DNA from: an uncultured Verrucomicrobiae bacterium
Lineage (GTDB): Bacteria; Verrucomicrobiota; Verrucomicrobiia; Chthoniobacterales; UBA10450
Direction of reading: 5' to 3'
DNA length: 64,000 bases
NCBI GenBank assembly: GCA_963834385.1
Contig: CAWIBO010000002.1
Coordinates: 512,001-576,000 of the forward strand
The notes below the pieces were generated by a model that had not been told where the DNA came from, searched no databases, and saw only the letters and a program-made list of their open reading frames with translations. The position numbers and the translations under genes were made by a program. Of this stretch, positions 11,247 through 21,377 are shown in pieces (positions within the stretch are counted from its first letter, which is position 1; each line of letters begins with the position of its first letter).

Positions 11247-13495
11247 AACGACCCGTCGTGGTGGCGCTGGGCAGCCTCCTAATCCTCGGCGCGGCCACTT
11301 GGTACGCCTTGCTGCCGAAACCGCCCCTCCTCGAAGGGGTCACGTTCTCCCGACAGGTCTTCGATCGGGAGGGCGAAAGATTGGCTCTCACCCTTGCCGC
11401 CGACGACAAATACCGGGTCTGGACGCCGCTGGAGCAAATCTCGCCGGAGTTGATCACCGCGACCCTCACGCATGAGGACCGCTGGTTCCATTATCATCCC
11501 GGGATCAATCCCTTCGCCGTGGGGCGCTCTCTCTGGCAACTCCTCTGCCGCCGGGGTGAGGCTGGTTCCGGCGCATCCACCGTGACCATGCAACTGGCCC
11601 GCTTGCGCCACGGCCTGCACACGCGCAACACCCGCGGAAAACTGGCCCAGATGGTTTACGCGCTTCAGCTCGAACGGCATTACACCAAGCGCGAAATCCT
11701 CCAGGCCTACCTCAACCTTGCTCCCTATGGCCGCAACGTTGAGGGAGTCGGCGCCGCCAGCATTCTCTATTTCAACAAGACGCCCGACCGGCTCACGCTC
11801 TACGAGGCCGTCGCGCTCAGTGTGATTCCGCAGAGCCCGACCGCGCGCAGTCCCCGGTCGGACAAGGCCAACCGCGCGCTTGATCGCGCCCAGCACCGGC
11901 TCCTGCAGAAAGTGGCGCCGGAAACGGCGCAGCTCGGCTCCCTGGCCTTTAGTGCCAGGGCCCGCGCGTCTGCGCCGGCCCTCGCTCCCCATTTCGTGCG
12001 CCATCTTCTTGCCCGGGAGAAACGGGCGTCCGCCCTGCGCAGCACGCTCTCTGCCTCCCGGCAACGGCTGCTCGAAACGGAAATTCGCCGGCATCTCCGC
12101 GCGCACGCACCCGCCGGGGTGCGCAACGCCGCCGCGCTCCTGGTCGATTTCGAAAAGATGGAAGTGCTGGCCCAGGTCGGGTCGGCCGCGTTCGACCAGA
12201 CGTCCATCCAGGGCCAGGTCGATGGCACCCGAAGCCGGCGCTCACCCGGCTCGGCCCTTAAGCCATTCATCTACGCCCTCGCGCTTGATCAGGGGCTGAT
12301 TCATCCCCTTTCCCTCCTGGTCGACACGCCCCGCACTTTCTCCGATTACAATCCCGACAACTTCGACCGGGATTACTGCGGCCCGGTCTCCGCGACCGAG
12401 GCGCTCACCCGCAGCCGCAATGTTCCGGCCGTGACCCTGGTCTCGGCTCTTCGGGGGGAAACGTTCCACGGCTTCTTGCTTCGCGCGGGGGTGCGCCTGC
12501 CGCGCGCGGAACAATTTTATGGGCCCACCCTTCCGCTGGGTGGCGGCGAGGTCACCATGGAGGAGCTCGTTCTTCTCTACACCGCACTGGCCCGGGGCGG
12601 GGAATTGCAGCCGCTGCGGCGCCTGCTCCCGGCGCCTTCCCCCCAGCGCGGGCGGCGCCTTTTCAGCGCGGAAGCCGCTTTTCTCACCCTCGATATGCTC
12701 ACGCAGACGCCGCTCGCCGGCCTCGCCGGTCCCGCTGATGTCGCCTGGAAAACGGGAACCTCGAATGGATTTCGTGATGCCTGGACGGTGGCCGTCTTCG
12801 ACCGCTACGTGCTTGCGGTCTGGGTCGGAAATTTCGATGGCCGGCCCAACCCCGCTTTCGTCGGCGGGACCTGCGCCGCCCCGCTTCTTTTCCGCATGGT
12901 CCATTCCCTTCGCGCGGCCGAGCGCGCGGGGTCCCGTCCCCTTTTGCCGCCGACCGGGGCCAACCTGCGCCGGGTGGAATTCTGCGCCGTCTCCGGCTCC
13001 CTGCCCGGACCCGCCTGCCGCCATCAACGCCCCGGCTGGTTTATCCCGGGCGTCTCGCCCATCGCGCCCTGCGAAGTGCATCGCCCGGACGCCGGCACGC
13101 TCCTGGCGGACGCGCCCCCTGCCCTCGAATCCTGGCCATCCGAGCTCCTCCATCATTTTTCCCGCACCGGGCTGCCCCGGCGAAGCGCGATCGCAGCCAG
13201 CCGCGAGATCGAGCAGTCCTCCCGCCAGGGCCGGCCCCCGCGCATCACCTCGCCCAAGCCAGGCGCCATATATCTTCCGGACGCCGTCCGCGACGGCATC
13301 GCGCTCACCGCCGAGATCGAAGCCGACAGCTCGCACGTGCAATGGTTCGCCGACAAAACCGCGCTCGGCCGCGCCGGGCCCGGCCATCCGCTTTCCTGGA
13401 GGGCGCCTGTCGGCAAACATCTGGTGACCGCGGTGGACAACCGCGGCCGAAGCGCCTCGGTCGAGATCGAGGTGACCGGCGTCGCCCTCTTCTAA
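11243..13495 (+). CDS. pbpC: Penicillin-binding protein 1C
   Basis: Transglycosylase EDRWF/GASTVTMQLAR; transpeptidase SALK, SRN, KTGTS; ATGA overlap with the alpha-2-macroglobulin stop. Confidence 0.9.
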   Translation: MKRPVVVALGSLLILGAATWYALLPKPPLLEGVTFSRQVFDREGERLALTLAADDKYRVWTPLEQISPELITATLTHEDRWFHYHPGINPFAVGRSLWQLLCRRGEAGSGASTVTMQLARLRHGLHTRNTRGKLAQMVYALQLERHYTKREILQAYLNLAPYGRNVEGVGAASILYFNKTPDRLTLYEAVALSVIPQSPTARSPRSDKANRALDRAQHRLLQKVAPETAQLGSLAFSARARASAPALAPHFVRHLLAREKRASALRSTLSASRQRLLETEIRRHLRAHAPAGVRNAAALLVDFEKMEVLAQVGSAAFDQTSIQGQVDGTRSRRSPGSALKPFIYALALDQGLIHPLSLLVDTPRTFSDYNPDNFDRDYCGPVSATEALTRSRNVPAVTLVSALRGETFHGFLLRAGVRLPRAEQFYGPTLPLGGGEVTMEELVLLYTALARGGELQPLRRLLPAPSPQRGRRLFSAEAAFLTLDMLTQTPLAGLAGPADVAWKTGTSNGFRDAWTVAVFDRYVLAVWVGNFDGRPNPAFVGGTCAAPLLFRMVHSLRAAERAGSRPLLPPTGANLRRVEFCAVSGSLPGPACRHQRPGWFIPGVSPIAPCEVHRPDAGTLLADAPPALESWPSELLHHFSRTGLPRRSAIAASREIEQSSRQGRPPRITSPKPGAIYLPDAVRDGIALTAEIEADSSHVQWFADKTALGRAGPGHPLSWRAPVGKHLVTAVDNRGRSASVEIEVTGVALF

Positions 13496-13549
13496 AATCC
13501 CGCGAAACCATTCCGGAGGCACGTGGCCTGCTTGAAGAAAGCGTCCAAA

Positions 13550-13975
13550 ATGAAAACACGCTCCTCCTTAGCCGGTTTTACTCTTGTTGAGATCATGATC
13601 GTGGTCGCGATCATCGCCCTGCTTGCCGCCATCGCCGTCCCCAGCTTCATGCGGGCCCGGAAACGCGCGCAGGCCACCTACATTCTCGAGGATCTTCGCA
13701 TCCTCGATGCCGCCATCCAGCAGTACGCCATCGAAAGGAACAAAAAGACCGGCGACGCCTTTGGCTGGAATGATTTGATCGCCTACGTGAAGCCGGGCTC
13801 ACGCCTGCACACCAGCAACGGTCTCGATATTCACGGCCACGAAATGGCCACCCTCGGGGGCGCCACCATCTCAGACGAGGCCGGCCAGATTCGCGTCTGC
13901 TATGTCACTTTCGACTCACTGAGCGACGTCGCTCCGACCGACTTCTGGTCGCCTTTCGGCATCGAGCCCCGCTGA
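13550..13975 (+). CDS. Type IV pilin / pseudopilin-like protein
   Basis: Class III signal G|FTLVEIMIVVAIIALLAAIAVP. Confidence 0.88.
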   Translation: MKTRSSLAGFTLVEIMIVVAIIALLAAIAVPSFMRARKRAQATYILEDLRILDAAIQQYAIERNKKTGDAFGWNDLIAYVKPGSRLHTSNGLDIHGHEMATLGGATISDEAGQIRVCYVTFDSLSDVAPTDFWSPFGIEPR

Positions 13976-14072
13976 TCCGAACATCGCTCCGTCCGCCCGG
14001 CCCGCGTCGATTTCCGTCGCGCGCCGGGCGTATCGGAGGGAGAATCCGGTTACGCCCGCACGGCGTAACTCC

Positions 14073-16487
14073 ATGGTGTTCTCCGCGATCAAACGCTACA
14101 CGCGCTGGCTGCATACGCAGTGGCCGGCCGGCACCGTGGAGCAATTGCCCCTCTCTGGCGAGAAGGGCGTCACCAACATCCCGGGCATCCGCATTGTCGG
14201 CGACCTCACCGGCATTCCCCTCCTCAAATTTTCCTCCAAGACCGGCGCGGAGGCGGTGCACGCCATCCTGGCCGAGCCTGATTTTGCGGGCAGGAAGGAC
14301 TCCTCTGGAACCAACGGCACGGTTGACCTCGCCATCATCGGCGGCGGCGTCGCCGGGGTCAGCGCCGCGATCGAGGCGAGCAAGGCCGGATTAAACTTCG
14401 CCATCTTCGAGGCGGCGCGGGCCTTCTCCACCGTGGTTAATTTCCCGAAGAAGAAGCCGATCTACACCTATCCCACCGATCTCGAACTCGAGGGCGGCCT
14501 CCATTTTCAAGCCGACGTGAAGGAAGCGCTCCTCGAGGAAATGGAGCGACAGCGCGAGGAGGCGGGCATTGAGCTGACGGAGGCCCGGATCGTCCGCCTG
14601 GAAAAACAAGGAGGCGAGATTGTCCTGCATCACGACGAGGAAGGAAAAACCACCCGAGCGAAGCGGGTTATCATCGCCATCGGCCGCAGCGGCAATCATC
14701 GTAAACTGGGCGTGCCCGGCGAGGAACTCGACAAGGTCGCGAACCGTTTGCACGACCCGAAGGATTTCGAAGGGAGAAATGTGCTCGTGGTGGGCGGGGG
14801 CGACAGCGCGCTCGAATCCGCCATCGCCCTGGCCGGCGCCGGCGCCCGGGTCACGCTCAGCTATCGCAAGAAAGAGTTCTCGCGGCCGAAGCCGGGGAAC
14901 ATCGAAAAACTGGAACAACTCGAGCGCGACCCGACCTGCGGCGCGGAAGTCGAATGTCCCAGCTCGGAACGCTCCGCCCCAGCCTTCACCCGGGGGTTGA
15001 ACACCACCGCCGCGGCCGGTTCCATCACCCTGGCCCTGGGCACGAACGTCACGGCGATCACGCCCGACAAGGTTACACTCAAGACAGAGGACGGAAAAGA
15101 AACGGAGATCGAGAACGATGCCGTCTTTGCCATGATCGGGCGCGAGCCGCCCCTCGAGTTTTTCCGGCGGAGCGGTTTGCAGGTGCGCGGCGACTGGGGT
15201 GCCGCCCGCATCACCAGCTTTGCCCTGATCCTGCTGGCCTGCGTCTTTGTTTATCACTGGAAAAAAGGGGGCGTTTACCTCGGGGTCTACGAGACCTTCA
15301 AACGAAACAGCTGGTTTCCGTTCAATGTCCCGGATTGGTGGGCCGGCCTTGGGGCCGCGTTTTCCGATCCGCAAAATCTCCTCGGCACCCTGCGGCTCGC
15401 GGTGGGCGAACCCGGTTTTTATTACTCCCTCGCCTACTGCCTTTGCGTCGCGCTTTTCGGCCTTAAGCGCATTCACCGGCGCAAAACTCCTTACGTCACC
15501 GTGCAAACCTGGACGCTGATGGCGTTCCAGATTATTCCGCTTTTCCTCCTGCCTTATCTCCTGCTGCCCTGGGCCGGGTATAACGGCTGGTTTGACCAGG
15601 GATTCGGGAAAACCGCAGCGGACGCGCTTTTTCCACAGGTCGATTACGGCGCCGGGCGCGAATACTGGCGCGCTTTTGGCCTGATTCTGGCCTGGCCGCT
15701 CTTTTTCTGGAATGTCTTCACCGAGCAACCGCTCTGGGCCTGGCTCGCCCTTTCCTTCCTGCAGACGTTTGTCCTCATCCCGCTCATCATCTGGCGCTGG
15801 GGCAAGGGCGCTTATTGCGGCTGGATCTGTTCCTGCGGCGCGCTCGCCGAGACCATGGGCGACGCGCACCGGGCGAAAATGCCGCACGGTCCGTTCTGGA
15901 ACCGGTTCAACATGGTCGGCCAGGTGTTTCTTGCCCTGGCCTTTCTGCTTCTCCTGGCGCGTTCGCTTGCCTGGATCTTCCCCGGCTCGGTGTTCGGCAC
16001 GGCCTTCAACTATCTCTTCACCGGCCTTCCCTTCTTCAATTACGTCTGGTTCGTCGACCTCCTTTGGGCCGGGATCATCGGGGTTGGCTTCTACTGGCAC
16101 TTCAGCGGGCGGGTCTGGTGCCGGTTCGCCTGCCCGCTTGCGGCCCTGATGCATATCTACACGCGCTTCTCGCGTTACCGGATCTTCGCCGACAAAAAGA
16201 AATGCATTTCCTGCAATGTCTGCACCTCGGTTTGCCACCAGGGAATCGACGTGATGAACTTTGCCAACAAGGGCGTGCCCCTGGAGGACCCGGAGTGCGT
16301 TCGCTGTTCCGCCTGCGTCCAGCAATGCCCCACCGGCGTGCTCGCGTTCGGGCGCTACGGCGCGGATAACGCCATCATCCTCGACCGGATTCCGGCTTCA
16401 CCCGTCCTCATGGCCGAGGCCGGCCGCCGCCAGCGCCAGGGCGAGCAGGCCTCGCTCGATGATGAGCCGCTGAGCAAAAAACTGTAA
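14073..16487 (+). CDS. FAD/NAD(P) oxidoreductase (TrxB/YpdA-like) fused to a multi-TM 4Fe-4S (NapH/MauN-like) domain
   Basis: GGGVAG and GGGDSA Rossmann motifs; TM helices; CGWICSCG and WCRFACP; 2x[4Fe-4S] CISCNVCTSVC and CVRCSACVQQCP. Confidence 0.82.
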   Translation: MVFSAIKRYTRWLHTQWPAGTVEQLPLSGEKGVTNIPGIRIVGDLTGIPLLKFSSKTGAEAVHAILAEPDFAGRKDSSGTNGTVDLAIIGGGVAGVSAAIEASKAGLNFAIFEAARAFSTVVNFPKKKPIYTYPTDLELEGGLHFQADVKEALLEEMERQREEAGIELTEARIVRLEKQGGEIVLHHDEEGKTTRAKRVIIAIGRSGNHRKLGVPGEELDKVANRLHDPKDFEGRNVLVVGGGDSALESAIALAGAGARVTLSYRKKEFSRPKPGNIEKLEQLERDPTCGAEVECPSSERSAPAFTRGLNTTAAAGSITLALGTNVTAITPDKVTLKTEDGKETEIENDAVFAMIGREPPLEFFRRSGLQVRGDWGAARITSFALILLACVFVYHWKKGGVYLGVYETFKRNSWFPFNVPDWWAGLGAAFSDPQNLLGTLRLAVGEPGFYYSLAYCLCVALFGLKRIHRRKTPYVTVQTWTLMAFQIIPLFLLPYLLLPWAGYNGWFDQGFGKTAADALFPQVDYGAGREYWRAFGLILAWPLFFWNVFTEQPLWAWLALSFLQTFVLIPLIIWRWGKGAYCGWICSCGALAETMGDAHRAKMPHGPFWNRFNMVGQVFLALAFLLLLARSLAWIFPGSVFGTAFNYLFTGLPFFNYVWFVDLLWAGIIGVGFYWHFSGRVWCRFACPLAALMHIYTRFSRYRIFADKKKCISCNVCTSVCHQGIDVMNFANKGVPLEDPECVRCSACVQQCPTGVLAFGRYGADNAIILDRIPASPVLMAEAGRRQRQGEQASLDDEPLSKKL

Positions 16488-16515
16488 CCCCGACGCGCCC
16501 TCGCCGGCGCGTCCA

Positions 16516-16652
16516 CTCCTGCTCCTGCTCTTGATCTTGCTCCTGATCCCGCCCCTGCCCCAATGCGCCGGGGACGGCGCACGCTACAGCGTTGTCTGAT
16601 CGATCCCGGCCGACCTCCGACGATTCACCATTCACTACTCACGATTCACGCC
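16516..16652. repeat. Composite intergenic repeat: hexamer run, R1 REP-like hairpin and heptamer (ttcacNa) run
   Basis: ctcctgctcctgctcttgatcttgctcctgatcc; atgcgccggggacggcgcacgctacag; attcaccattcactactcacgattcacg. Confidence 0.75.
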
Positions 16653-16723
16653 TTCCCCTCCCCTCCTCCCCTCACCGCTCTCTCGACAAACCGCCCCAGG
16701 CCTGACACTCTTCCCTCCCTTTC

Positions 16724-17650
16724 ATGAAGACTCTTGCCCGCAACGGCTCCGGCCGCTCCAGCAGCCGCCGCGAATCCTCCACCATCGACCAGGTCATGGT
16801 CGAGGAACGCGCCCAGGCTTTCACCAAACGGAGCATCAAGACCGCGGCCAAGCTCCAGGGACTGAAACTGGCCATCTCCATGATGGACCTGACCACTCTG
16901 GAAGGAAAAGACACGCCCGGAAAAGTGGCGTTCCTCTGCCGCAAGGCGATGCAGCCGATCGATCCCCGCTATGACGTGCCCCCCTGCGCCGCGGTCTGCG
17001 TCTATCCGAATTTCGTCCGCGTCGCCAAAAAATTCCTCGGCGAATCCGGCGTCAAGGTCGCCTCGGTCGCCACCGCCTTCCCCTCCGGCCTCATGCCGCT
17101 TCGGCTCAAGCTCGAGGAAGTGCGCAGCGCCGCGCGCGATGGCGCCGATGAGATCGACATGGTCATCGACCGCGGCCGCTTCCTCGCCGGCGATTATGAG
17201 CGCGTCGCTGATGAAATTGCCGCCACCCGGGAAGCCTGCGGCGAAGCCCACCTCAAGGTCATCCTTGAGACCGGCGAGCTTCAGACCTACGACAACGTCC
17301 GCCGCGCCAGCGACATCGCCATGCGCAACGGCGCCGACTTCATCAAGACCTCCACCGGCAAGATCAACCCCGCCGCCACCATGCCGGTCACCCTCGTCAT
17401 GCTGGAGGCCATCCGCGATTATTTCTACGAGACCGGCATCCGCATCGGAATGAAACCGGCCGGCGGCATCCGCACCGCCAAGCAATCGCTCGCCTACCTC
17501 GTCATGGTAAAGGAAACGCTCGGGGACGACTGGCTCACGCCCGATCTTTTCCGTTTCGGCGCCAGCACCCTCGTCAACGACGTCCTCATGCAGATCGCCA
17601 AGCTGGCGGACGGCAATTACCAGGGCCCGGATTACTTCTCCCTCCCGTAG
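16724..17650 (+). CDS. deoC: Deoxyribose-phosphate aldolase
   Basis: MDLTTLEG, AAVCVYP, GADEIDMVI, LKVILETGEL, DFIKTSTGK, GMKPAGGIR, RFGAS. Confidence 0.95.
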   Translation: MKTLARNGSGRSSSRRESSTIDQVMVEERAQAFTKRSIKTAAKLQGLKLAISMMDLTTLEGKDTPGKVAFLCRKAMQPIDPRYDVPPCAAVCVYPNFVRVAKKFLGESGVKVASVATAFPSGLMPLRLKLEEVRSAARDGADEIDMVIDRGRFLAGDYERVADEIAATREACGEAHLKVILETGELQTYDNVRRASDIAMRNGADFIKTSTGKINPAATMPVTLVMLEAIRDYFYETGIRIGMKPAGGIRTAKQSLAYLVMVKETLGDDWLTPDLFRFGASTLVNDVLMQIAKLADGNYQGPDYFSLP

Positions 17651-17914
17651 TAGGGGGGCATAAAACGAGGGTAAAGAATCGAGGATGGAGGATGGACGTC
17701 GCTCCCTCCTGCTCTTGCTCTTAATCCTGATCTTGCTCCTGCTCGAGTTTACCTGATCTCTCCTTACCCTCCCTTAGATCGCGGTTCATTTGATCGGTTT
17801 TGCAGGGACGAAGCCGACCCTCCCTTTTGTTTCGACAACCGGTCGACCGGCGCGTAGAACGCCTCGTGGGACGCAAGCCCCCCGGCGCCCAAAAGCAGCG
17901 AAACAGGTGCCATT

Positions 17915-20900
17915 ATGTTCAAGAAAATCTCTTGTGGGGTAAGCGTTCTCTTTCTCTCCCTGGTCACGTTGTCGGCCCAGACTCTCTGGACCGACGGCAC
18001 CGGCGATTGGTTTAACGCGGGAAATTGGTCAGCGGGGGTTCCCTCCTCGATGATCGACGCCGAAATCACTAATGGCGGCACCGCCCAGATTAATGCGGCG
18101 GGCGCGGCGGCCCGCCGGCTGAACCTCGGGAATGCGCCCGGCGAGTCGGGATCGGTCACCGTAACCGGTCCGCTCGGAACGCTCAATGTAAGTCTGAATT
18201 TAAGTATTGGGGAACACGGCGTGGGCACATTCGATATTTCTGCGGGCGCCGTCGTCACCGCCGACAGTCTCAGGATCGGACATCATACTAGTTCCACCGG
18301 GACGGCGACGGTCGATGGCGCGGGCTCGAAATTGAGCCAGGGAATGTTCGCGGCAGGCGCCGTGGTCGGCGATTTCGGCATGGGAAGCCTGACCATCAGC
18401 AATGGTGCGACCTTCACCTACGCCGCGCTGGGCGTGGGCGACAACGGAGGCCATGGAACCGTTCTTATCGAGAGTGGCGGCACCGCCAATACCGCCAGTT
18501 CTGGCGCATATCTGGGAAACGCTGACGACGCCGTCGGCATGGTGACGGTCACCGGTGCGGGCTCTGAGTGGACGAGCGGCCTCATGCAGGTCGCGGTTGC
18601 CGGCACCGGCACGTTGAATATCGAGGACGGGGGCAAGGTCGGCAGTACCACTGGACAGATCGCCAACAGCGAAGGCACTCCCGGCAACACCGGAACGGTC
18701 AATGTCGACGGGATGGGTTCCACCTGGACGATGAGCGAAAACCTGTCGGTTGGCCTCGGCGGAGTTGGCGCCCTGAATATCACTGATGGTGGGACGGTTT
18801 CCAACACCGCCGGCACCATCGCCCGGGATGCCATGTCCAGCGGGACCGTGAACGTCGCCGCCGCCGGTGTCTGGACCAGCTCCGAAGGACTCAAGGTGGG
18901 CGAAGGCGGCCTGGGCGCGCTGCACCTCCACAGTGGGGGCATGGTTTCGAATACTTTTGGCCAGATCGGATCCAACGCGGACTCGGATGGCACCGCCACC
19001 ATCGACGGCCTCGGGTCCACCTGGACCAACAATGGCACCTTCCTGGTTGGCGCCTCGGGGACCGGCCTGATGGAGATCACCAACGGTGGCGCGGTCACGA
19101 GCGGCGTCTCCCTGATCGGCGCAAACCCGGGCGGCAATGGCACCGCCGATGTCAGCGGGATGGGATCGACCTGGACAGCGTCCAGCCTCTACATCGGCGG
19201 GGATCCAATGGGCGCTCAGGGCACCGGATTGCTGCGCGTTCAGACCGGCGGAACCATCAATGGACCCATCACCGTCTGGGATACCGGCACGCTTGAGGTG
19301 GGCCTGAATCCGATCATTGCCGGGCCGCTAACGTTTGACGGCGGCACCTTGCGCACGATCGCCAATATGACCTTCTCGAACAACGCCAGCCTGGCGGCGG
19401 GCGGCGTCGTTTTCGATTCCAATGGTTTTTCCTCAACTTTCAGCGGTGGCTATGCTGGCCCGGGCGGAATCACAAAGATTAATGCCGGGGCCATCACCAT
19501 GTCCGGCCCGAGCGTGTTCGGTGGCACTATGGAGATCGACGGTGGAAGCCTTCTGATTACCGGCTCAGTCATCACTCCCCAGACAAATGTGAACGCCGGC
19601 GGACTGCTCGGCGGCACCGGCACCCTCAATGGCGATGTGCTCAACGGCGGCGTGGTCAGTCCCGGCCTCTCCCCCGGCACCTTCACGGTCAATGGCGTTT
19701 ACACGCAAAGCTCCGCCGGGACCCTGCGGATCGAGATCGCCGGCGTGACCCCGGGCAATTTTGATCTGCTCCAGGCTGGGTCCGCCTTTCTGGACGGAAC
19801 GCTTCAGGTCGTTCGCTTCAACAACTACAGTCCACAGCCCGGCGACAGCATGACCATCCTGAGCACGGCATGGGCGGCCTTAACGGAACGCAGTTTGCCG
19901 CGGTCGACAGCAGTTCCTTCAGCGGCGTGGTGCAGCCCACCGTCGTTTACGATCCGAACGATGTGCGCATCGTTTTCGTGCAGGGCTCGTTCGATGTCGG
20001 CGGGCTGACACCGAATCAACAGGCGGTGGCCGATAATCTCAACGACGCTGTGGGCGATCCGCGCGCCGACGATCTCTTTGCCGTTCTCAATTTTGAGCCC
20101 GTCGCGAACCTTCCGTTTGCCTACGACCTGATCGCCCCGGAGGAGCTGGCTTCGCTTTACGAAATCGGGTTTTCATACGCCGGCGTGCAATCACTGAACC
20201 TGCAGCGTCGCATGGATGATATCCGCGCAGGCTCCACCGGTTTCAGCGCCAGCGGCTACCAAATGTCGGAACCGCAGGGCTACCGCAAAGCCGCCGATGG
20301 AAAGACGCTCCTCGATAAGAATCCGGCGCCCGCCTTTGTCCCCTCTCCCCAAAACCGCTGGGGCGTCTTTATCACCGGCACCGGTCAATTCGTGGACGTG
20401 GGAAACAATGATTTTAATGCGTCCGGCTATGAGATCGCGACCGGGGGCCTGACGCTTGGGCTCGACTACCGGCTCACCGAAAACTTCGCGGTCGGTCTCA
20501 ACGGCACCTACGCCCACAGCACGGTGGATCTCGTCAACGACGGCGATATCGAGGCCGACAGTGTGAAGCTTGGGCTCTTCGCCACCTATCACCAGAATGG
20601 GTTCTACCTCGATGTCGCCGGAAGCGGCGGCTGGAATACTTACGACATCCGCCGCGCGGCCCTCCTGGGCGATGCCCATGGCGAGACGGACGCCGCCGAG
20701 TTCAACGGGTTGATCGGGGCCGGCTACGACTGGAAATGCGGGAGCCTGCGCTTTGGGCCCACCGCCACCTTCCAGTATACCTACATCGATCTCGACAATT
20801 TCACCGAGGAGGGGTCCCTCGCGCCCCTGCACTTCCCGGAACAGGATGAAAGCTCGGTTCGGAGCACGCTCGGATTCCGGCTTTCTCATGATGTAAAGAT

Positions 20901-21174
20901 GGGCGGCGCGATCCTGCGGCCCGAGATTCGGGCAGCCTGGCAACACGAGTTCGGCGAACAGTCCCATGCCATCCAGGCGGAATTTGCTTCCGGCGCCGGC
21001 AGCGATTTCACCGTCTGGGGGCCGCACGTCGGACGGGACAGCGCGCTCGTCAGTGCCGGTGCCAGCCTGCTCTGGAACGACCGCGTGGCGACCTACGTCC
21101 ACTACGACGGGCAGTTCGGCCGGGGCAATTACGACAGCAACAGCATCAGCGGCGGCGTTCGTCTCAGCTTTTAA
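17915..21174 (+). CDS. Autotransporter (T5SS) with Gly/Thr-rich beta-strand repeat passenger and C-terminal beta-barrel; apparent -1 frameshift near 19866-19870
   Basis: Signal peptide; repeats of the GTxxVxGxGSxW..VGxxGxGxLxIxxGGxV type; autotransporter beta-domain (RWGVF..LGLDYR..AAWQHEF..) ending in RLSF in ORF 19870..21174. Confidence 0.88.
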
Positions 21175-21185
21175 GCCCGCACCCG

Positions 21186-21285
21186 CTCCTAAGCTTGCTC
21201 CTGCTCGATCCCGATGCGCCGGGGACGGCGCACGCTACCGCGCTGTCACGCGAGCGAACGCTGATCACCGTTCACCATTCACGTT
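21186..21285. repeat. Composite intergenic repeat (hexamers, R1 hairpin and heptamers)
   Basis: cccgatgcgccggggacggcgcacgctac at about 21210-21238, flanked by ctcctaagcttgctcctgctc and tcaccgttcaccattcacg. Confidence 0.72.
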
Positions 21286-21377
21286 TTCCACCCCCTTTCC
21301 TGTTTTCCTGATTCAATCCTCCTCTGGCTTCCTAAATTTCTCGTGCGATACCGCCCTGACCGCCTATAAAGAGCATC

